Source: Nitrosococcus oceani ATCC 19707 (lineage in GTDB: Bacteria; Pseudomonadota; Gammaproteobacteria; Nitrosococcales; Nitrosococcaceae). Taken from it: a stretch of DNA of 32,000 nucleotides. Numbering within the stretch: the first letter of the stretch is position 1; every line of letters starts with the position of its first letter. Position numbers and translations under genes: made by a program. Below are positions 17,827 through 24,780 of this stretch, one piece after another. Location: the NCBI RefSeq assembly GCF_000012805.1, contig NC_007484.1, positions 1,320,001 to 1,352,000 on the forward strand, in the 5' to 3' direction. The notes under the pieces are model-generated. The model was not told where the DNA came from and did no database searches. It worked only from the letters and a program-made list of their open reading frames with translations.

Positions 17827-18345
17827 ATGAATAAACCGAGATTAGTGTTGTTTTATTTACTATTGGTAGCTATTCCCGCCGTACCAACGGCTATGGCTGC
17901 CGAGATTGGCCAACAGGCGCCTAACTGCTTATTGAAGCCCTTTGAGAAAGAAGATCAGGTGTTTCTTCAGCAATGGCAAGGAAAGGTGGTTTATGTGGAT
18001 TTTTGGGCTTCTTGGTGCCCGCCTTGCCTTAAATCTTTTCCCTTTTTAAATGATCTGCATCAGCGTTTTAGCGATCAAGGGCTACATATTGTGGGCATCA
18101 ATGTGGACGAGAAGTTAAGTGACGCCCAAGACTTTTTAGCGAGAGTGCCCGCTCACTTTGATGTTGTGGTTGATCCAGATCAGCAGTGTGCCCGGTCATT
18201 TGATATTCAAGCAATGCCTTCTTCTTTCTTGATTGACCAAAAGGGCGTGATTCGCCATACCCACTTAGGATTTCGCTCGGGGGATACGCAAGAGCTAGAG
18301 GCGTGGACGCAAAAACTTTTACAAGAAAAAACGGCTAATCCTTAA
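17827..18345 (+). CDS. Periplasmic TlpA/ResA-like thiol:disulfide oxidoreductase (thioredoxin fold)
   Basis: Signal or anchor sequence MNKPRLVLFYLLLVAIPAVPTAMA. Redoxin motif VVYVDFWASWCPPCLKSFPFL (CxxC). Typical redoxin-type (AhpC/TSA-like) thioredoxin-fold layout. Confidence 0.88.
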   Translation: MNKPRLVLFYLLLVAIPAVPTAMAAEIGQQAPNCLLKPFEKEDQVFLQQWQGKVVYVDFWASWCPPCLKSFPFLNDLHQRFSDQGLHIVGINVDEKLSDAQDFLARVPAHFDVVVDPDQQCARSFDIQAMPSSFLIDQKGVIRHTHLGFRSGDTQELEAWTQKLLQEKTANP

Positions 18346-18468
18346 TTTTACGCGTTGTTTACCGTTTAGTTTCCCCTCCCTTTTTTAGCATATGATTGCT
18401 TAATCAATACGCTTTGCGAAGCGCTACAACGCGCTTCGGCGTGTGTTAGATTTAAGGAGGATAGAGAT

Positions 18469-18726
18469 ATGATAAAAGATCGCCAACCTATAATAAGAAG
18501 ACGAAGAAAAACAATAAACACCTTGTTATTGCTACTATTCTTTGTGCTGCTAAACCTAGCAGGTTGCGCGCCGGTAGCGCCATGGGAACGGGGTAACCTG
18601 GCTAAACCCCAGATGGTGCCGGACCCCTATCCCATGCAGAGTGGCTTGCGTTCCCATAGTTACCGGGGCCGAGAAGCAGCTATCGGCGGCGATTCTGCGG
18701 AAGGGGGAGGATGTGGCTGCTATTAA
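18469..18726 (+). CDS. DUF4266 family lipoprotein
   Basis: SD AAGGAGG lies 8 nt upstream. Lipobox LNLAG|C. The conserved PWERGNLAKPQM segment and the C-terminal GGGCGCY tail are as I recall for DUF4266. The 3' end overlaps the following OMP gene. Confidence 0.85.
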   Translation: MIKDRQPIIRRRRKTINTLLLLLFFVLLNLAGCAPVAPWERGNLAKPQMVPDPYPMQSGLRSHSYRGREAAIGGDSAEGGGCGCY

Positions 18727-21262
18727 GCCAAAGCCTAACGCATCTTCTCCCAAGTGCCGGGCCAGCTCTTCATTATTGGCATTAACTTCTGCCGCGCTGG
18801 CCCTGCCCGGCTTGATGCCCTTACCGTCCCACGCCGCCTTCGAGGGGGGGGAATTCGATTTCCAATATGGCCGTTATCAAGAAGGTGGCGGCACTAAGAG
18901 TCAATTCCGAGATAAGGATAATGACATTCAGGTGGATAGTCTGCAGGCTTCTGGAGAAATCGACCTTTCTGATCGTTTGACTTTCCGCGCTAATTTTATT
19001 CAGGACACCTGGGTGGGGGCGACCCCCATTACCACGGCTCCCGCAGCAGCTATCAGATTTAACCCCAATGCCCAAACCGGGGCCTCAGCTTTTACTGATC
19101 TCAAAGGGGGTATTGTGGATTATGACACCCGTACCGGGGAAGGGCAGGCAACTATTCCGAATACCTTTGACACGGTAACCACCAATGAAACGGTGCATGT
19201 AATGGCTGAAGCCTCACCGGAAACCCGCAAGCAGGGAGATTTCCGGATGGGCTATGAATGGGATGAAGCGGCGCTGAATCTGGGGGGCGGTATTTCCTTG
19301 GAGGATGATTATGATTCCCGCTATGTTAGCCTAGGAGGCCGCTGGGATTTCAACCAGAAACTCACCACCCTGACAGGAGGCGTGAGCTATACGGATAGCA
19401 CTATCGATGTCCGCCGTTTCCGCTTCAGGGCCACTTCGGTTCCGGTTGATGCGGAAGGTGGGATAAACCCGGATTTTCCCGACTGGTCGGTGCGGCTCCA
19501 TGATGGGCGGACGGATATCGGAGCGAGTCTGGGCCTGACTCAAGTGCTGGATAAAAACTCGACCTTCCGAGCTAGTTTTGGTTATAACCACAATTCAGGT
19601 TTTCTCTCCAACCCGTATAAGGAAGTCACTTTTTTAACCCCCCTGGATACCCCAGGGAAAGCATGGCTATTCACCCGTTACGACAAACGCCCTGAAGAGC
19701 GGAATCAGTTCACCTGGAGCGCGGGCTATACTCGTTATCTTGCGAGGCTGGATGCTGGTTTGCATTTCAATTACAATTTTTTTCATGATGACTGGGGGAT
19801 CAACGCCCATACCTTTGACGCTTCCTGGGGGCAGCCTGTGGGAGGAGGGTGGATCATTACCCCCCGGGTCAGATATTACAGTCAAGGTGCCGCAGACTTC
19901 TATAGTCCCTTCTTTATTGCCAGCCAGGAGCCCCTTTCATTAGCGGAGATTTTACCTAATCAGAGCCAACTGCCTACCCCGGAGCATTTCTCCAGTGATC
20001 ATAGACTATCTGCTTTTGGGGCCCTGAGCGGTGGGGTGACAGTGAGCAAACAGTTTGCCAAAGGGGTCACTTTGGAGGCAGGATTTGAATATTATACCCA
20101 CGCTGGTTCTCTGAAGCTGGGAGGAGGAGGGACCGGTGATTTTGCCGATTTCAATTATTTTCTGGCTAACGCACTGCTGAAGGTGGATTTATCCGCTCTC
20201 ACTTATTCTGGGGGGGGGCATGATCATGCCGGTGGACATAACGGGCACAGCGATTTTGCCCCTGCCGGGGTAATGTTTAGCCATATGCTGGGGACAGCCG
20301 GCGAATTCATGGTGGGATACCGCTATCAGTATAGCCGCGAAGGCGGCGATATGCTCCATGGCACCCAGGCCATTGATGATCTTACTATTGTCAATAACGC
20401 CTGCCGCGATCGACCCTGTCAGCTAACCTCGGCGGTCATGAATATGCATATGCATATGCTTAATCTTATGTATGCGCCCACCGATTGGCTGAATCTGATG
20501 CTAATGCCCATGTTTATGGATATGAATATGGATTTGCGGAAGCTTGAAGGGGCGCCGCCTATTGATCCCGAGGCCGTGGGCGGACACTTCCATGCGGCGG
20601 ATAGCGGAGGACACGAGACCGGCGGTGTGGGCGATACCCAGCTATTCGCGCTGGTCAAATTGTTTGCGTCGCCTCAACATCATCTCCATTTGGGTTTAGG
20701 CGTCAGCGCGCCGACAGGGGATGTGGGTATTGAGGTTGAAGGTCAAGAGGTTAATGAGAGCAGCCCGGATTTTGGCAAACCCTTATTCATTCACTATGGG
20801 ATGCAGTTGGGAAGCGGTACCTGGGATTTCTTGCCTAACCTGACTTATACGGGTTCGATGGATCGCTGGTCTTGGGGTGGCCAACTGAGTGGTACCGTTC
20901 GCCTGGAAAGCGAAAACTCTTCCGGTTTTGCCTTTGGTGATATTTTTCAGGCCACTGCTTGGGGAGGCTATAGCCTATTCAAATGGCTGTCCGCCTCGGT
21001 TCGGGGCATTTATACTACCCAGGGAACGATTAGGAACCAATTCAACGGGCCGGACCCCCAGTCGGCGCCGGTGGACTTTCCAGAGAACTATGGTGGGCAT
21101 TTCTGGGATGTGGGTTTTGGCCTCAATGCTTCTACCTTAGGTGGCGGTCTGAAAGGCAATCGGCTAAGTATCGAATGGGTGCAGCCGGTCAGGAACGATG
21201 TCAATGGCTTTCAGCTGGAGCGGGAAGGGTCGCTTTTTGTCACTTGGGGTTTAGGATTTTAA
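18713..21262 (+). CDS. Outer-membrane protein: DUF3570 domain fused to a His/Met-rich MetA-pathway-like (annotated transporter) beta-barrel
   Basis: Likely GTG start at 18713 (the ORF track extends to 18641). Signal peptide ..LMPLPSHA|AFEGG. The N-terminal half has DUF3570-like features (..SSDHRLSAFGALSGG..). A linker GGGHDHAGGHNGH begins at about nt 20219. The C-terminal half has FAPAGVM.SHM, NMHMHMLNLMYAPTDWLNLMLMPMFMDMNM, GVGDTQ, APTGD, MQLGSGTWD, and ends ..TWGLGF, a terminal aromatic typical of an OMP beta-signal. Confidence 0.8.
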   Translation: MAAIKPKPNASSPKCRASSSLLALTSAALALPGLMPLPSHAAFEGGEFDFQYGRYQEGGGTKSQFRDKDNDIQVDSLQASGEIDLSDRLTFRANFIQDTWVGATPITTAPAAAIRFNPNAQTGASAFTDLKGGIVDYDTRTGEGQATIPNTFDTVTTNETVHVMAEASPETRKQGDFRMGYEWDEAALNLGGGISLEDDYDSRYVSLGGRWDFNQKLTTLTGGVSYTDSTIDVRRFRFRATSVPVDAEGGINPDFPDWSVRLHDGRTDIGASLGLTQVLDKNSTFRASFGYNHNSGFLSNPYKEVTFLTPLDTPGKAWLFTRYDKRPEERNQFTWSAGYTRYLARLDAGLHFNYNFFHDDWGINAHTFDASWGQPVGGGWIITPRVRYYSQGAADFYSPFFIASQEPLSLAEILPNQSQLPTPEHFSSDHRLSAFGALSGGVTVSKQFAKGVTLEAGFEYYTHAGSLKLGGGGTGDFADFNYFLANALLKVDLSALTYSGGGHDHAGGHNGHSDFAPAGVMFSHMLGTAGEFMVGYRYQYSREGGDMLHGTQAIDDLTIVNNACRDRPCQLTSAVMNMHMHMLNLMYAPTDWLNLMLMPMFMDMNMDLRKLEGAPPIDPEAVGGHFHAADSGGHETGGVGDTQLFALVKLFASPQHHLHLGLGVSAPTGDVGIEVEGQEVNESSPDFGKPLFIHYGMQLGSGTWDFLPNLTYTGSMDRWSWGGQLSGTVRLESENSSGFAFGDIFQATAWGGYSLFKWLSASVRGIYTTQGTIRNQFNGPDPQSAPVDFPENYGGHFWDVGFGLNASTLGGGLKGNRLSIEWVQPVRNDVNGFQLEREGSLFVTWGLGF

Positions 21263-21339
21263 TCGAGTATAGGGTATTTCTCTAGCCTAGGGTTTGGGTT
21301 TTCCGGTGGATAAGCTTTTTTTAGGGTTAAGAGAGTAGC

Positions 21340-22308
21340 ATGAAGCTTTACCGGGAAGCCTTCAAGGCGATGGGTACGCCCTGTGAAATTCAGCTCTATG
21401 CCAAGACTAAGGTTCAAGCTCAACGGGCCGCGGGACTTATTATCGCCGATGTGCGCCGGTTGGAAGCTCGCTATTCCCGCTACCGCACTGATAGTTTTCT
21501 CTCCGATATCAACCGGGTGGCCATGGCGGGTGGGCGTATTTCGGTAGACAAAGAAACAGAAGGATTGCTCAATTATGCAGCTACCTGTTATGGGCAAAGT
21601 AAAGGATTATTTGATATTACTTCCGGTATTTTACGGCGCGCTTGGGATTTTAAATCAGGCGAGCTGCCGAGCAGGGTGCAAGTACAGGAACTGCTGGACA
21701 AAATTGGCTGGGAAAAACTGCGCTGGGCGCCGCCGGTATTAGAATTTCCCATAGCTGGAATGGAGATTGACTTTGGAGGTATCGTCAAGGAATATGCCGC
21801 CGACCGGGCGGCTTCGCTGAGCTTACAGGCAGGAGTTCGGCGAGGCCTAGTAAACTTAGGCGGTGATATCAAAGTGATTGGTCCTCGCCCGGACGGTGAG
21901 CCTTGGCGGATTGGTATCCGCCATCCTGGACATAAAGAAGCCGCGATGGGAATGCTGCTGCTACATAAAGGCGCGATTGCTAGTAGTGGTGACTATGAGC
22001 GCTGCATTGTATTAGATGGCGTTCGTTACGGCCATGTCCTCAATCCTCAGACGGGTTGGCCGGTACGGCACTTGGCATCGGTGACCGTAATCAGTGATTT
22101 ATGTGTGGTAGCAGGAAGCGCTTCTACTATTGCCATGCTAAAAGAGGCTAATGGTTCAGCCTGGTTGCAGAATTTGGGATTACCTCATTTCTGGGTGAAC
22201 ATGGAAGGTGAAACCGGTGGTTCCCTAGAGGAAGGCTCCATTGAAGCTGTTGCTATGGTTCAAAACAGCGAGCGCCAGGCGGCAATCACGGTACTCAACG
22301 AATATTAA
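21340..22308 (+). CDS. apbE: ApbE-family FAD:protein FMN transferase (no signal peptide)
   Basis: 322 aa. Begins MKLYREAFKAMGTPCEIQLY (the ApbE xMGT motif sits at the very N-terminus). Later motifs GGIVKEYAADRA, NLGGDI, ASSGDYER. An in-frame TAA at 21328-21330 precludes any upstream extension. Confidence 0.88.
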   Translation: MKLYREAFKAMGTPCEIQLYAKTKVQAQRAAGLIIADVRRLEARYSRYRTDSFLSDINRVAMAGGRISVDKETEGLLNYAATCYGQSKGLFDITSGILRRAWDFKSGELPSRVQVQELLDKIGWEKLRWAPPVLEFPIAGMEIDFGGIVKEYAADRAASLSLQAGVRRGLVNLGGDIKVIGPRPDGEPWRIGIRHPGHKEAAMGMLLLHKGAIASSGDYERCIVLDGVRYGHVLNPQTGWPVRHLASVTVISDLCVVAGSASTIAMLKEANGSAWLQNLGLPHFWVNMEGETGGSLEEGSIEAVAMVQNSERQAAITVLNEY

Positions 22309-22310
22309 CA

Positions 22311-22325
22311 AAGGCGCCACGCCTT
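22311..22325 (+). terminator. Weak hairpin after apbE (possible partial terminator)
   Basis: AAGGCG-cca-CGCCTT lies 3 nt after the stop. The T tract is interrupted (GCTGTGATTTTC). The 3-nt loop is tight. Confidence 0.25.
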
Positions 22326-22402
22326 GCTGTGATTTTCATGAAAACCGAATGCCGCTGCTTGTCCACTCAAATCTATCCTGTACATGCAAGGATAAAGAAA
22401 AT

Positions 22403-23956
22403 ATGAATGACCTCTCCCTAAATTTCCCGGGACGAGCGGGACTCTACTTTATCGTCTTTTTGACTGGCGCCGCAGTCATGATCATAGAAATTTTGGGAAC
22501 TCGGATGATTGCCCCTTTCTATGGGGCGAGCCTTTACGTTTGGTCATCCCTGATCTCGGTCACTATGATAGCGCTGGCCTTGGGTTATTTTATCGGGGGC
22601 CGCTGGGCTGATCGGGCCGAACGGACCGGCCTGTCATTGATCATTGCACTCGCAGCCTTACTCACTCTTCTTATTCCCTGGTTAACTCGTCCAGTGTTGC
22701 TGGCGACCGATCCGTTGGGCCTGCGGGCAGGGGCTTTGGTGAGTGCGCTGGTGCTGTTTTCGCCAAGCTTGACCTTTCTGGGAATGGTGGGGCCTTTCGC
22801 TGTTAAGTTATCCACTGCAAATCTGGCGGGGGTTGGCGCCAGCGCCGGTTCGATTTATGGGATAAGCACCCTTGGCAGTGTCGTGGGAACGTTACTCCTG
22901 GGATTCTATTTATTTCCTATTGTAGGTTCCCGCGAGATTTTTATTGTGCTTGGCCTTGTCCTGTTCCTATTGGCCATAGCCGTAGCCTTTTATGAGAGAA
23001 AACGCCTGAGGTTTACCTCGGCCCTACTGCCCATTGACTTCTTGGCAGCGATAGGAATTGGGCTATTACCACAAATTGCCGGTGCAAATCGCACGGACTC
23101 CAATAAGGAGTCTTTTCAAGTCCAATTCGAGCGGGAAAGCTTATATGGTTGGGTACGGGTTATTGATCAACCGGCGCGGGATCTCCGCCTGCTCACCGCT
23201 GATGCTTCTACCATTGGAGCGGCCAGCATTACCCATGGTCAAAACCGGCTTGCCTACCAAAATATCGTACCGCTCATTCCGGCTTTAGCACCTCCTATGA
23301 AGCGCGCTTTGCTGATTGGCCAGGGTGCCGGCCATATGGCTATGGCTTTGGAAGATCGCTATGGGATTGTCATGGATACGCTGGAGATAGACCCGGCCGT
23401 TGCGGAGGCGGCAATCCGTTATTTTGGCTTTAGTCCCACTGGTAAGGCCATAATTGGAGATGCCCGTTATGAAATTCGGCGTTTAAAAGGTCCTTATGAT
23501 TTAATTATCCATGATTGTTTTACCGGGGGTGCGGAGCCTGTCCATTTACTGACTATTGAAACTTTGACACGGCTACGCTCCCTGCTTTCCGAGCAGGGCA
23601 TACTCGCCCTTAATTTCGTATCTTTCTCGGAGAACGGGAAAAATACTGCATTGGCCTCTATCGCCAAGACCCTGGCGCACGCTTTTCCCCATCAAATGGT
23701 TTTTGCTTCCGAGCCCGGCAAGGATTTTAACGATTTCATTTTCCTTGCCGCTAATCGCCCTATTGATTTGGATGTCAATACACTCACGCTTGAGAAAATT
23801 TCTTGGTTAAAACAACGCCTTATGATAGTGGATAAAACCCAAGGAATCCTGTTAACGGATAATTTTAATCCACTTGAGCATTTGCAGGTACGTAAAGCAA
23901 AACACTATAGAAATATTTTAGTCAATTGGTTAGGCACGGATATTTTAGTGCGGTGA
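22403..23956 (+). CDS. Membrane-fused spermidine-synthase-like protein (polytopic N-domain plus class I SAM-fold domain)
   Basis: I prefer the ATG at 22403 (MNDLSLNFPGRAGLYFIVFLTGAAVMIIEILGTRMIAPFYGAS..), since the ORF-track extension to 22241 overlaps apbE. About 7-8 hydrophobic helices. The C-terminal domain has LLIGQGAGHMA, LEIDPAV and DLIIHDCF. The stop overlaps the wzm start (GTGA). Confidence 0.8.
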   Translation: MNDLSLNFPGRAGLYFIVFLTGAAVMIIEILGTRMIAPFYGASLYVWSSLISVTMIALALGYFIGGRWADRAERTGLSLIIALAALLTLLIPWLTRPVLLATDPLGLRAGALVSALVLFSPSLTFLGMVGPFAVKLSTANLAGVGASAGSIYGISTLGSVVGTLLLGFYLFPIVGSREIFIVLGLVLFLLAIAVAFYERKRLRFTSALLPIDFLAAIGIGLLPQIAGANRTDSNKESFQVQFERESLYGWVRVIDQPARDLRLLTADASTIGAASITHGQNRLAYQNIVPLIPALAPPMKRALLIGQGAGHMAMALEDRYGIVMDTLEIDPAVAEAAIRYFGFSPTGKAIIGDARYEIRRLKGPYDLIIHDCFTGGAEPVHLLTIETLTRLRSLLSEQGILALNFVSFSENGKNTALASIAKTLAHAFPHQMVFASEPGKDFNDFIFLAANRPIDLDVNTLTLEKISWLKQRLMIVDKTQGILLTDNFNPLEHLQVRKAKHYRNILVNWLGTDILVR

Positions 23957-24780
23957 AGTCATCGTCTGGATTCTCCATTTCTCCCATCGCGGCACTCAAG
24001 GAATTCATCAAAACCCGTGAATTGATTGCCCAGCTTGTTTGGAGCGAAGTGGTAGGGCGTTACCGGGGTTCCTTTGCGGGATTCTTGTGGTCTTTTCTTA
24101 ATCCTTTATTCTCCCTGGCAATGTATACTTTTGTCTTTGGGGTGGTTTTTAAGGCACGCTGGGGATTGTCGGCAGAAAATACTTTTGATTTTTCCATGGT
24201 GTTATTTACGGGTTTAATTGTTCATGGGTTAGTGTCTGAAACTATCAATCGAGCGCCCTATTTAATTCTTAGTAATCCCAGTTATGTTAAGCAAGTTGTG
24301 TTTCCCCTGGAGGTATTGCCGGTCGTCGCTTTGGGGTCGAGTTTATTTCATGCCGCGATTAGTTTTTTATTGTTAATTGTTATTTGGAGCATCGCCCATG
24401 GGAGCATAGCATTAGCCGTTGCTTTTATTCCCTTGCTAATATTGCCCTTGAGTTTAATTACTGTTGGAGTGAGTTGGTTTATGGCAGCGGCTACTGTGTA
24501 TTTTCGGGATCTGGGTCAACTGGTGACTTTTATCAGCAGTGGGCTGCTCTTTTTCTCGCCAATTTTTTACCCTGTAAGCTCAGTTCCAGAATCTTTTCGG
24601 ATCTTTTTAGAACTTAATCCGCTTACTTATATCATTGAACAGGTACGTGCCACGCTTATTAGTGGAGAAATTCCAGAGCTAAAGGGTTATGTAGTCTATT
24701 TTTTAGTTTCTGCTATCGTTGCCTGGGCGGGTTATGCCTGGTTCCAGAAAACACGCGCCGGTTTTGCCGATGTAATATAA
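23953..24780 (+). CDS. wzm: ABC-2 type polysaccharide export permease (Wzm/TagG-like)
   Basis: GTG at 23953 overlaps the upstream TGA. N-terminal signature RELIAQLVWSEVVGRYRGSFAGFLWSFLNPL, followed by six hydrophobic helices. The start could instead be the TTG at 23926. Confidence 0.85.
   Translation: MKSSSGFSISPIAALKEFIKTRELIAQLVWSEVVGRYRGSFAGFLWSFLNPLFSLAMYTFVFGVVFKARWGLSAENTFDFSMVLFTGLIVHGLVSETINRAPYLILSNPSYVKQVVFPLEVLPVVALGSSLFHAAISFLLLIVIWSIAHGSIALAVAFIPLLILPLSLITVGVSWFMAAATVYFRDLGQLVTFISSGLLFFSPIFYPVSSVPESFRIFLELNPLTYIIEQVRATLISGEIPELKGYVVYFLVSAIVAWAGYAWFQKTRAGFADVI

Noticed and set aside
18395-18440. Small hairpins (CGCTT-tgcg-AAGCG and ACGCGC-UUCG-GCGUGU) upstream of the DUF4266 gene
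   Set aside because: The stems are short, there is no U tract, and I recognise no riboswitch or leader-peptide features. They may modestly affect mRNA stability but are not enough for a call.
20438-20460. DNA-level ATGCATATGCATATG repeat
   Set aside because: It is a direct consequence of consecutive Met-His codons in the Met/His-rich segment of the OMP. It is not an independent repeat element.
22309-24000. Possible genomic-island boundary (integrase, tRNA or direct repeats) at the onset of the AT-rich glycan locus
   Set aside because: I saw no tRNA, integrase, transposase or flanking direct repeat anywhere in the window. The compositional shift is reported as a finding, but no mobile element is called.
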